Shown here: piece after piece, positions 39,146 through 47,971 of the stretch
Numbering within the stretch: the stretch's first letter is position 1
Layout of the letters: each line of letters opens with the position of its first letter
From: Patescibacteria group bacterium
Lineage (GTDB): Bacteria; Patescibacteriota; UBA1384; 2-12-FULL-50-11
Assembly: GCA_016861245.1 (NCBI GenBank)
Contig: BOKZ01000001.1
Coordinates: forward strand, 280,962-344,961
Direction: 5' to 3'
Length of the DNA: 64,000 nt
Notes under the pieces: model-generated
Database searches by the model: none
Told to the model about the DNA's origin: nothing
The model's input: the letters and a program-made list of their open reading frames with translations, nothing else
Position numbers and translations under genes: made by a program

Positions 39146-40578
39146 TGAATATTAACCGGAGTACCGATTGGGATGTTCTGGTAGAACCAGATCGAGGCTT
39201 CGTGTCCGAGCCGGACGCAACCGTGCGAAACAGGGCGACCTAAATGCGAAGATCCTTCGATAATAGTGTAGGCAGCGTTAAATGCCGGCAAGTCGTGGAT
39301 ACCGTAGCCTTCGTAGCCAGAGCCGTCAGGATTTCTGGATAATGCGTTCCAGTTTCGCATCCAAATGCCCGGATACAGTCTTGATTGGGCGATATCGATT
39401 TTGTTCTTAATGTAAAACAACCCTTTCGGCGTCGGCGTTCCAGCTCGACCGGAAGAAATTAAAAACTGGTTTACTCGAGTTGGACCGTTCATTATATAGA
39501 GCGTCTGGGTCTTTAAACTAATGTCGACGTAGAGTCCCGGAAATAGGTTAGCGACGTAGTCGGGATGGATAATGCGTTCTGTTAGTGCAACTGTGCGTAC
39601 TGGGATAGGAACCGGTTGCTCGAATGCGCGTTCGGTAATTATTCGGGTTACCTCATTAGTCAGCGCTGCTAGTTCTACTTCCTTGCCGTCTCTCCCCTGG
39701 TTTGTAACTTCGCCTGTATCTGACAAGATGGTTTTTTGAATCATCTTCAGATTAATTTTGGAAGCGACTTTCGAGTTAAGTAGCGCGCTAAGTTTTTCTT
39801 TAGAAATAGACCAATCCAACTTACCGTTATTGGCGGTGTAATCGATGACGGTGTATTGATCGGCAGCAGTTAATGTAAACTTCCGGTTGTCGCTTTGGAG
39901 GGTAATTGGCTTTAAGCTCTCCACAACGACTGTTTTCGTTGCTTCGGCAGCAGCAGTGCTGATCGCGGCCTCCGTTTCGGTATACTTAGCGATCACTGGC
40001 CTTAACGAACCGTTCGTTATTTGTTCGGTTATCTGTGACTCGATGTCAGCGAAGTCGAGCCAGATTCCGTTACTGGCGGGCTGGACAACGAGATTGTTAT
40101 TTTCGATTACGATTACCGCATCTTTGGCAGTGTTGCTAACGGCGAACTTTTCGTTAAGTACTGTTCGTAGTCGCTCTTCGTCGATGGTAAAAGGAAGCGG
40201 CTCGGCTTTGGCGGAAAAGAACGACTTCCAGTACCGAGGTTTAAGCCAAAGGAAGATATCGTCTGATGCGGTTACAAGCGCGCTCGATTGTTCCGGGGTA
40301 ATTTTAACGCCAAGTTCGCTAAGCGACGTGTTAACTACTTTTTCTTCGAGCTGAAGCGATAGTGGCTCACTAGACAGTGTTTCGGCTTTTGCTTGTAAAG
40401 TATTTAAAGCTTGCTCGGGGGCGCTGTTACCAATTGAGACACCGGCAAGGTGCGTGTTTGGTAATACGAGATTGTGATAACGAAGCGTAGTCCCGGCAGC
40501 GACAGCTGAAATAAGAGAAAAAACCGAAAGAAAACCAAACAGACTTACTAATAACTTTCTTTTTAGCCCTTGGTTCAT
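39142..40578 (-). CDS. L,D-transpeptidase with PG-binding (PG_binding_4-like) region
   Basis: ISSGRAGTPTPKG, GYGIH, LGRPVSHGCVRL. Confidence 0.9.
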   Translation of the reverse strand: MNQGLKRKLLVSLFGFLSVFSLISAVAAGTTLRYHNLVLPNTHLAGVSIGNSAPEQALNTLQAKAETLSSEPLSLQLEEKVVNTSLSELGVKITPEQSSALVTASDDIFLWLKPRYWKSFFSAKAEPLPFTIDEERLRTVLNEKFAVSNTAKDAVIVIENNNLVVQPASNGIWLDFADIESQITEQITNGSLRPVIAKYTETEAAISTAAAEATKTVVVESLKPITLQSDNRKFTLTAADQYTVIDYTANNGKLDWSISKEKLSALLNSKVASKINLKMIQKTILSDTGEVTNQGRDGKEVELAALTNEVTRIITERAFEQPVPIPVRTVALTERIIHPDYVANLFPGLYVDISLKTQTLYIMNGPTRVNQFLISSGRAGTPTPKGLFYIKNKIDIAQSRLYPGIWMRNWNALSRNPDGSGYEGYGIHDLPAFNAAYTIIEGSSHLGRPVSHGCVRLGHEASIWFYQNIPIGTPVNIH

Positions 40579-40587
40579 CGTAAATAA

Positions 40588-41505
40588 TTATGACGGGATT
40601 TTTTTCTGTTTACTATATTTTGTAGTATCAAGTAAGGCCTTAATAAAATTATCAAACGAAATACCTGCTGCCGCCAACTCTTTATTGATAAGCGAGGTTT
40701 TTGTCATGCCTGGCAGCGTGTTTACTTCAAGAAAGTACGGAGTGTCGCCAACAAGAATCCAATCGATCCGACAATATTGGCTAATGCCGAACTTCTGAAA
40801 AATTTGTTTTGACATCGTTTGGATCTTATTACTTATACTTGTGCTGATCTCTGCCGGGCATATCTCTTGGCAGCCAGAGGTTTCGTCGTACTTCGCCTGA
40901 AAGTCGAAGTATTCTGAGTTGGGACGAATCTCTACAATTGGCAACGTTTGGATACTCCCGAAAAGATCAATCACTCCACACGATAACTCTCTACCGCTAA
41001 GGTATTCTTCTACTAGCACTTGCGGGTCATATTTTGCAGCGTTTTTTATTGCGGTGTTGAGTTGTACATTGTTGGTTACGATCGTTACGCCGAAGCTTGA
41101 ACCTTCTCGATTGGGTTTTATGACCATCGGGGAGTCTAGGCTTGGCACCTGATGTTTGTCTAATAACTCCCACCTTGCTGTTGGGATAGTTAAGTCGAAT
41201 ACTAACTGTTTAGCGCTGTTCTTGTCCCAGGCAAGCCGACAAGTATTTGAATCGGAGCCAGTATAATTAAGGTTTAGCTCTTGGAGTATCTCCTGTATGG
41301 CTCCGTTCTCTCCAATTCCTCCGTGAAGCGCGATTAGTACTACGTCTGGCTTTATTTCGATTAGTTGTTTTTCCCAGTCGGGAGCTGCCGGGTCAACTAC
41401 AGTATATTTAACGCCCGTTCTTCTTAGAGACTCTTGAATACTCCGTAAGGTCCACAACGAAACCTCTCGCTCAGAAGAATTGCCGCCCGCAAGCACTGTG
41501 ATCAT
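40588..41505 (-). CDS. ddl: D-alanine--D-alanine ligase
   Basis: GGNSSEREVS, LHGGIGENG, KPNREGSSFG, FLEVNTLPGMT. Confidence 0.93.
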   Translation of the reverse strand: MITVLAGGNSSEREVSLWTLRSIQESLRRTGVKYTVVDPAAPDWEKQLIEIKPDVVLIALHGGIGENGAIQEILQELNLNYTGSDSNTCRLAWDKNSAKQLVFDLTIPTARWELLDKHQVPSLDSPMVIKPNREGSSFGVTIVTNNVQLNTAIKNAAKYDPQVLVEEYLSGRELSCGVIDLFGSIQTLPIVEIRPNSEYFDFQAKYDETSGCQEICPAEISTSISNKIQTMSKQIFQKFGISQYCRIDWILVGDTPYFLEVNTLPGMTKTSLINKELAAAGISFDNFIKALLDTTKYSKQKKIPS

Positions 41506-41543
41506 TGGGGAATGCATAAATTTAAATCATGGACCGCCGAGGT
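41506..41543 (-). pseudogene. Degenerate 3' half of tRNA-Ile
   Basis: ACCTCGGCGGTCCATGATTTAAATTTATGCATTCCCCA versus intact ACCTTGGTGGTCCATGGTTCGAATCCATGCACCCCCA. Confidence 0.7.
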
Positions 41544-41572
41544 CTTTACCATAAGGCAACTGCTGTTCCGTG

Positions 41573-41645
41573 TGGGGGTGCATGGATTCGAACCATGGAC
41601 CACCAAGGTATAAGCTTGGCGCTCTAACCGCTGAGCTACACCCCC
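41573..41645 (-). tRNA. tRNA-Ile(TAT)
   Basis: GGGGGTG/CACCCCC acceptor, CCAAG-CTTATAC-CTTGG anticodon arm, A73. Confidence 0.92.
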
Positions 41646-41659
41646 ACACGATCCAGCAG

Positions 41660-41730
41660 TAAGCTTGGCGCGCTACTAACTACTTTTAACAGTTAGGGCG
41701 CTTCAGCGCCGACCGCTGAGCTACGGACCC
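41660..41730 (-). pseudogene. 5' half of tRNA-Ile with hairpins inserted in the D-loop
   Basis: GGGTCCGTAGCTCAGCGGT[insert]..GCGCCAAGCTTA. Confidence 0.75.
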
Positions 41731-41929
41731 AGATTACAAATAGTATTGTACGGTTTTGAGGAAGTTATCTCAACCGAGAAAACTGATTTGACATCAAATC
41801 CGAGCTATGGTTACGTAAGTCCAGGCACCTTAGGGGAAAACTTCTAGGGAGCGTCAGTCGAGGGGAAAAGTGAGGGGCGAAGAAGTGAGAATGCACACTT
41901 CCGAGCTCATTAACAATATAAGGAGGAAC

Positions 41930-44125
41930 ATGAAGAATTTTCTTGTTCGTTTTACTGCTGTACTTCTGGCGTTCCAGGGATTGGTTGCTGCGCAACTTTT
42001 CACCCTTTCTGCAGCGCAAGCTGCAAATGGCGCTCCGGCAGTAGTAATTAACGAAGTAATGTGGATGGGTTCAAAAGACTCCGGCGGCAACCATAGCGCC
42101 GACGAGTGGATTGAGCTCTACAACAACAGTGACACAGCGGTCGATCTGACCGATTGGGTGCTAACAAACACGGGCTTAAATGCCGATACGCTTGATGGTC
42201 AAATTCTTAATCCAGGCGAGTACTTACTTATTAGTAATTACACTCCAGGAAATACTAGTAGCGTATTAAGCTCGGGTATCCCAAGCGTGATTGATCCAGA
42301 TATCAACCTACCCGGTGAGGATAGTTGCCCAGTTGGCGGTGTCGAATTAAAGGACAGTCTCGGGTTAGTAATCGATAAAGTTACCTGTTTCGGTGGTTCT
42401 TGGCCGGCGGGGCTGATGAATACCAATGAGCGCCGAGCGATGGAGCGAAGCTTCCCTTATAGCGAAGAACTCTGGCACACCTCAGTTGGATTCGTGAATA
42501 TGGAGGCTGACGCAAGGGGTTACACGTTTGCCACACCACTCGTAATCAACGATCGCACTCAAGTAGTTGCCGGTATCGTTAACGATGGAAGCGGCAGCGA
42601 CATCGATTGGACCGACGATACCAACAGCATCGATGTTAACTGGAGCGGCTTTTCCGATGATCAGTCTGGAATCGCCCACTACGAGGTTGGTTTAGGGACT
42701 ACCCCAACAACCGATGACTTTATGCCGTTTATAAACGTTGGGCTTGCAACATCGCACACATTTAACTATCCAGTTGAAATCAGCTCTGGTAGTTACTTTG
42801 CTCTTGTGCGCGTCACTAATGGCGCGGGAATTTCGAGCATCGTCGCAAGTGACGGCTATACGATCGATATCGTTAATCCTGAATCTCCAACGAACGTTGT
42901 AGTTACAGACGTACCAGCAGACAACGGCGGTAGCGTCGTAGTGAGTTGGGACGCATCAATTTCAGTCGATGAGATCACCTATCAGGTTAACTATCGTAAG
43001 CAAGGTACTGTCGATTGGACAAGCGTCTTGGTCGGTATGCACCTGTCGCATCAGATTAACGGCTTAGAGAATGCACCAACATTCTATGAGTTCACGGTTG
43101 AAGCGATCGACTTTAGTAACCGTCACTCGTTGCCAACCGCAATCGAAATTGGACAAGCACTCGACAACTTGGCGCCGATCTTAACGGTTTCTAAAATTGT
43201 TGTTGGGCAGAACAAGCCAACAACAGTCGACACTGTTTCCGGAATTGCTGGCGCAGTAAGCGAGAGCTCGACGGTAAGCGTTTTCGATCGTGACCCGTCG
43301 CTTCCAGGAGCGGTGTTGCTTGGCTCTGTTGTGACGAATATCGACGGCTCGTTTGCAAGTATCTCGATTGGCGACAATCAGTACGCAACCGTCTATCTGC
43401 AGGCGATCGATCTGGCCGGTAATCCTACGCCAGCCGTAGCCCTGCAAAACGATATCGTTGCACCGAACGCGCCTACGCTGCACAGCGCAACAGCTACGTG
43501 CCAAAGCGAGACGTGTCGAGTTGAGCTGCACTGGATCGATAACGGTCCAGACACTGCGACGTATCAAGTTGGTTACACGATTGACGGCGTTGAAAAACTG
43601 ACGCTATCGTCTAGCTCAACAGGAATCGCGCTCGACTTACCCTCCGGTAAGGGCGTCAGCTTCGTGGTTTACGCGTTTGATCAGTACGGTAATAAATCGG
43701 TTAAGAGTAACGTGATCTCGATCCAGCTAACAGCAGGTGTAAAAACTACAGCCACTTATCACTCTGGCTCGCAAAGCACAGTGACGGAAGCGATCCCAGG
43801 TAGTCGAGAGGTTGTGGAAGCCACGCCTTCTAGTGACGGATTAAATATCGTTCCACCAGCGCAAGCAGCAGAACCGGTTGACGGCGACGAGAGTAGCCAG
43901 TCGAGTCCAGTTAAAGACGCCAACGACCAAGACTGGTCGAGGATCTTTATCGTGATTCTTCTACTACTAATAGTAGCCGGCGGTTTTTACTCGCTCTCAC
44001 GAACATTTCGTGACGTTCCGGCCGACGAGCCGATTCTCCCAGTTACAGCTAAAAAGAAGGAAGAGTCCTCGAAGTCGAAAACGAAACCGGCGACGAAACC
44101 GAAGAATAAAAAGCGACGACGCTAA
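41930..44125 (+). CDS. Surface protein: lamin-tail domain, FN3/Ig repeats, C-terminal TM
   Basis: Signal peptide; VVINEVMW..EWIELYN..VDLTDW; WSGFSD..SGI..Y; TM plus Lys-rich tail. Confidence 0.85.
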   Translation: MKNFLVRFTAVLLAFQGLVAAQLFTLSAAQAANGAPAVVINEVMWMGSKDSGGNHSADEWIELYNNSDTAVDLTDWVLTNTGLNADTLDGQILNPGEYLLISNYTPGNTSSVLSSGIPSVIDPDINLPGEDSCPVGGVELKDSLGLVIDKVTCFGGSWPAGLMNTNERRAMERSFPYSEELWHTSVGFVNMEADARGYTFATPLVINDRTQVVAGIVNDGSGSDIDWTDDTNSIDVNWSGFSDDQSGIAHYEVGLGTTPTTDDFMPFINVGLATSHTFNYPVEISSGSYFALVRVTNGAGISSIVASDGYTIDIVNPESPTNVVVTDVPADNGGSVVVSWDASISVDEITYQVNYRKQGTVDWTSVLVGMHLSHQINGLENAPTFYEFTVEAIDFSNRHSLPTAIEIGQALDNLAPILTVSKIVVGQNKPTTVDTVSGIAGAVSESSTVSVFDRDPSLPGAVLLGSVVTNIDGSFASISIGDNQYATVYLQAIDLAGNPTPAVALQNDIVAPNAPTLHSATATCQSETCRVELHWIDNGPDTATYQVGYTIDGVEKLTLSSSSTGIALDLPSGKGVSFVVYAFDQYGNKSVKSNVISIQLTAGVKTTATYHSGSQSTVTEAIPGSREVVEATPSSDGLNIVPPAQAAEPVDGDESSQSSPVKDANDQDWSRIFIVILLLLIVAGGFYSLSRTFRDVPADEPILPVTAKKKEESSKSKTKPATKPKNKKRRR

Positions 44126-44133
44126 ACGCGCAG

Positions 44134-44163
44134 AAAAACGATCTCGAAAGGGATCGTTTTTTT
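44134..44163. terminator. Intrinsic terminator
   Basis: aaaaacgatctc-gaaa-gggatcgttttttt. Confidence 0.75.
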
Positions 44164-44189
44164 GTTGGCGAGTATGCTAGTCTGAGGCA

Positions 44190-44582
44190 ATGGTAGTAGA
44201 GAAGAGTAAAAAATTTCTGACCTACGCAGCTGTTGTCGCGCTATTCCTTTTTGCGCTTTACTCAAATATCCGATTGATCGTGCGTAACTATAACTTGCAA
44301 AAGCGAGTTGAAATTGTCCGAGCGGAAGTGAATCAAATGCAAACACGTAACGAAAAATTACGACTAATCCTCTCCTACTATCAAACACCTGCCTATCAAG
44401 AAATCGAGGCGCGTCGGCGACTGCAGGTAAAAAAACCCGAAGAAACAGTACTGACGGTGAAGGGATTAAATCTGAGCGCTGAAGAGCTTAACCTTTTAGA
44501 GGACGCGGTTTACCAAGAGCACGCCACCACAGAGGTCGAGGAGAAAACAAATTTCCAGAAATGGTGGGAGTATTTGTTTTAG
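44190..44582 (+). CDS. Septum formation initiator (FtsB/DivIC-like)
   Basis: TM, coiled coil, YQE.EARRRL..KKPEE, NFQKWWEYLF. Confidence 0.8.
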   Translation: MVVEKSKKFLTYAAVVALFLFALYSNIRLIVRNYNLQKRVEIVRAEVNQMQTRNEKLRLILSYYQTPAYQEIEARRRLQVKKPEETVLTVKGLNLSAEELNLLEDAVYQEHATTEVEEKTNFQKWWEYLF

Positions 44583-44656
44583 TGGCAAGGGTGGGGAACG
44601 ATCCCACGACCTCGGGCTTATGAGTCCCGCGCTCTAACCAACTGAGCTACCTTGCC
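44583..44656 (-). tRNA. tRNA-Met(CAT), probably elongator
   Basis: GGCAAGG/CCTTGCC acceptor, CGGGA-CTCATAA-GCCCG anticodon arm; atypical T-loop ATCGTTC. Confidence 0.88.
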
Positions 44657-44659
44657 AAA

Positions 44660-44719
44660 TTGTGAGGAGTGAGCGCGAGCGAAATAAGTGCTTCGCTCTC
44701 ACCACTGAGCTACACCGGC
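44660..44719 (-). pseudogene. Orphan tRNA 5' fragment (Thr-like) with hairpin insert
   Basis: GCCGGTGTAGCTCAGTGGT followed by GAGCGAAG..TTTCGCTC; no 3' half found. Confidence 0.65.
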
Positions 44720-44834
44720 ATTAATTGTATTAACAGAAGAATTGTACCAATCTTCTTCGAGTAAATAAAGGTAAATCCCTTGATTTAACCGATGCTTTTC
44801 GTCATACTTTGCAGAACATTCGGAGCACTTTTAT

Positions 44835-45404
44835 ATGAGAATATTTCGTGCAAAAGAAACGATCGTCGTAGACCATCTTTCTAGCGAAAGAGTACAACTC
44901 CCCAGCGAGTGTGTAGTTTTTGAGTTTAGTCAGCCCGAATGGGCACAGCTGAACTGCGAAGACGCGACCTGGATCATCGATCGCGGCTGCGCGACCGAGT
45001 ACATCGGCTCAACGCAACTACTGCGAGTCTATGTGAGCTTTCTCACGTATAAGCGGCGATGGCTGGCGTTTAGGGAAGTTGTCTCGACGCATTTGCCGCT
45101 GCCGGCGGCTCTTGGGTTATTCTCGATGATTCGGCACCAGCCGTTCGAGTTAACTGGTAAAGCTGCGTTCGACCTGCTCTCGTTCCTGTTCGTCGATCTC
45201 TCAGGCGCAATGCGCCGTGGCGGAAAGTGGCAGTTTCGACCGGAGACAAACTATCAAGTGCGCGGAGTTCCTGAGAAATGGTGCATCGCCGTTAAAGTAC
45301 CAGACGACCTCGTCGGTCTACTGATCGGCCCAAGCGGTCGCACTATTGCTCGCGTTGAAGAGTTCACCGACTACATCAAAAACCGCATCTCATTTCGCGA
45401 CTAA
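44835..45404 (+). CDS. Hypothetical protein with C-terminal KH-like motif
   Basis: VKVPDDLVGLLIGPSGRTIARV; terminator at 45407-45431. Confidence 0.6.
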   Translation: MRIFRAKETIVVDHLSSERVQLPSECVVFEFSQPEWAQLNCEDATWIIDRGCATEYIGSTQLLRVYVSFLTYKRRWLAFREVVSTHLPLPAALGLFSMIRHQPFELTGKAAFDLLSFLFVDLSGAMRRGGKWQFRPETNYQVRGVPEKWCIAVKVPDDLVGLLIGPSGRTIARVEEFTDYIKNRISFRD

Positions 45405-45435
45405 CCAGCCCCTTCTCGGGGCTTTTTCTTTACCT

Positions 45436-45654
45436 GTAGCGGGGGCACGATTTCGTAAGAAACGTGACCACTTGTTCTTGTAGCGGGGGCACGATTTTGA
45501 GCAATAGGCTCAAAACGTTGCACGATACTCGTGCTACGCACTCGTCTTCTCGCTCACTTGTTCGCTCGCAGTCGCACGTGTTTTTCTGACGAAAAACAAC
45601 GTTCAAATCTTGCCCGTATTAAGCAAAATACCTCCAGTTGGAGGTATTTTACAT
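45436..45654 (-). repeat. Three stacked tRNA-iMet 3'-end copies, each with a different T-loop hairpin insert
   Basis: gcacgatt[tcgtaaga]aacgtg; gcacgatt[ttgagcaataggctcaa]aacgt; gcacgat[45 nt]tcgcacgtg. Confidence 0.8.
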
Positions 45655-46065
45655 AGTAGTCGGGAGTGGAAACCTCTCGAACTTTGGAACTTACTGGTTT
45701 CTAGTCTTCCCTCTCTTATTACTTGCGTGGAAGAGCTACGGAATATCGATATTATTGCCGACGAAGAAGAAGTGGTCTTGGTCCCCCTTTCCGCCCTTTA
45801 GGCGTTCTGGTAGGGTTTGCTCATAAATGGCAAGTCAAGAACCAGCTAACAACATTCCCAACCTGTCACAAACGCTTGCGGATATAGACACAAGCGGTCC
45901 ACCACCACCTGCAAATCAGGCAACAACTGAAAATGGTGAGATCGTTAATCTTAACGACAACCCGAAAAGCGTTGTAAATAAGTAATACAAGAAATTGCTC
46001 GAACTGATGATGGGTCAAAATCTACCTCTGTTAAGCATGAGAGAAAAACTGTAATATAACCACAG

Positions 46066-46800
46066 ATGGCTTCCTCAGATACCGTGGATAAAGTTAGAAA
46101 CAGCATAGCTCTTGTAATAACGCTTAACGCCCAGAATAAAGTCACTGGCAAGGGAAGTGGTTTTGTCTTTTATCGCCCCGGGCTTCTTGTGACCTGCAAT
46201 CACGTTGTTGGGAGTGATGATAACGTGAAAATAAGACTAGTTGATTCATCCGCAGATTTCATTGAAGCAAAAGTCGCCATTAGGGATGAAGAACATGATT
46301 TAGCTCTCCTTAAGTACGATGCAACGAAATCACCCGACTCTCTTCCCTTAAAACCCTTAGAGCAGTCAAAGATAATAGAGGGCATACCGGTTCTGTTCGC
46401 AGGATATCCACTGGGTTTATTTACCCTAACGACTCACCAGGGTTTGCTATCGGGTATCACTAAGGATTCAACGGGCATTACTACATACTTGATTGATGGA
46501 ACAGTAAATTCTGGAAATAGCGGATGCCCCCTTATGGACCAAGACGGTAATGTTATAGGGGTGGTTAACGCAAAGAGACGAGAGCGGAACGACCTGCTTA
46601 ATCGGGTTGAGGAGTTGCAGCTTGGGGCACTTTCGCTACACGGGATTGATTTGGTTGAATTGTACCAAGCTTTGATTAGTAACGTACAATTAGGTATGGG
46701 CTACGCAGTACCGTGCTCGTATATCCCCTCTTATAAAGAGACTGAAGAGCCTGTAGTAGCTACTCAAGCTCAGGCGAAACAAAAGAGAGAAAAGAAGTAG
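46066..46800 (+). CDS. Cytoplasmic trypsin-like serine protease
   Basis: GSGF, TCNHVV, HDLALL, GYPLG, NSGNSGCPL; no signal peptide or PDZ domain. Confidence 0.9.
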   Translation: MASSDTVDKVRNSIALVITLNAQNKVTGKGSGFVFYRPGLLVTCNHVVGSDDNVKIRLVDSSADFIEAKVAIRDEEHDLALLKYDATKSPDSLPLKPLEQSKIIEGIPVLFAGYPLGLFTLTTHQGLLSGITKDSTGITTYLIDGTVNSGNSGCPLMDQDGNVIGVVNAKRRERNDLLNRVEELQLGALSLHGIDLVELYQALISNVQLGMGYAVPCSYIPSYKETEEPVVATQAQAKQKREKK

Positions 46801-47103
46801 ATGGAAAAATATATTTTTAGATCAAACGGCCAGTATATGGGCTTTATAGTAAATAATTATCTCTTTTCTCGTGATAACGCCTACCTGGGTTGGGTTGAAG
46901 CAGATAACGTTTGGGATGCAGGAGGTAACTTCAGGGGAAAGCTAATAGAAATCACTGGTCATGCCTACATACTGAGAAGTATGTTTACTGTCAGTCCTAT
47001 CCCAAAGCCTCCGAAACCATTCCCTCGTCCCGTCCAATTGCCGACTCCACAACCTAATATCTTGCCAATAATACCGCCTATCGGTTATCAAGACGGATTC
47101 TAG
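46801..47103 (+). CDS. Small beta-repeat (4-fold beta-flower-like) protein with Pro-rich tail
   Basis: Repeats IFRSNGQYMGFI / LFSRDNAYLGWV / VWDAGGNFRGKL; abuts the protease stop codon. Confidence 0.65.
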   Translation: MEKYIFRSNGQYMGFIVNNYLFSRDNAYLGWVEADNVWDAGGNFRGKLIEITGHAYILRSMFTVSPIPKPPKPFPRPVQLPTPQPNILPIIPPIGYQDGF

Positions 47104-47243
47104 TTTATAGGGCTATAGTTAGGCTTATTATTTTCGGCACTCGGTTGCCGATATTCGTCATATCTGGTAAATTTTATAGTAGTAACTTAGACAATTAGTT
47201 GGACTTAACCCGTGGGTAATACCTACGGTATGGCCATAAAAAT

Positions 47244-47345
47244 CTCTCACAAGTAGTAAGCTCGTCGTTCAGAGCACTTGTGAGAGTCACGTCTCGAAAG
47301 GGGCGTGGGTGCTTCGGCTATCGCAGGCGGCGAGCTTTTTGCTAC
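47244..47345 (+). ncRNA. Structured RNA candidate (C4/CI-antisense-like)
   Basis: Long closing stem, GAAA hairpin, bulged ttgtgaga complementary to upstream tctcacaa. Confidence 0.5.
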
Positions 47346-47369
47346 CCGCCAGCACCAACAAGGAGGTAA

Positions 47370-47936
47370 ATGGAAGTGGCGGAAAAGAAAATTAAGGCTG
47401 ACCAACACAGCCAGTATTGGACCTTTACGATCTTAGCGTTATTGATTCCCGTTGTCGGAATCGTTATGGGGATTATCTACTTGTCCAAACCGGACAAGCT
47501 CGATAAAAAAGTCGGCGAACACAGCATAGCGGTTAGTATCTTTGGACTGATTGCCTACGGGATATTAATCGGCGTATTGAATGCTAATGGAACCCCTATA
47601 GTGGGCGTCCCGGCCGTTACGATACCCTCAGTAACAACCCCTATTACAACTCCGGCAGTATCAGCAGCCAGTAAAATAACTTTGTCGAACAACTCCGTTA
47701 AAGAGAGTTACGGTCTTTGGCAGATAGTTGGCGAAGCAAAGAATACTGACAGTGCTGCCCATACTTTTATCATTTCTGCCACTTTCTACGGAACTGATGG
47801 CAAGATAGTTGGGACAGCTACTGGTAATGTTAATGACTTGGCGGCTGGGGACACTAAAACCTACACTTTATTGTCTTCTGACAACCTTACTGGCTACAAA
47901 GACTATAAAGTGCAAATCTCGACTATGATTCAGTAG
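47370..47936 (+). CDS. Membrane protein with FxLYD-like domain
   Basis: 2 TM segments, P/T linker, IVGEAKN..ISATFYGTDGKIVGT..LAAGDT; SD aaggaggt. Confidence 0.75.
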   Translation: MEVAEKKIKADQHSQYWTFTILALLIPVVGIVMGIIYLSKPDKLDKKVGEHSIAVSIFGLIAYGILIGVLNANGTPIVGVPAVTIPSVTTPITTPAVSAASKITLSNNSVKESYGLWQIVGEAKNTDSAAHTFIISATFYGTDGKIVGTATGNVNDLAAGDTKTYTLLSSDNLTGYKDYKVQISTMIQ

Positions 47937-47971
47937 TAAATACACAAGATTTTAGAAGGACTTGCCTTAGT

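Noticed and set aside
44583-44656. tRNA(CAT) as Ile2
   Set aside because: A tRNA-Ile(UAU) is present, so elongator Met is more parsimonious. This cannot be proven by eye.
45638-45826. Short hydrophobic ORF at the island edge
   Set aside because: It starts within a terminator-like hairpin and has no SD sequence or recognisable family.
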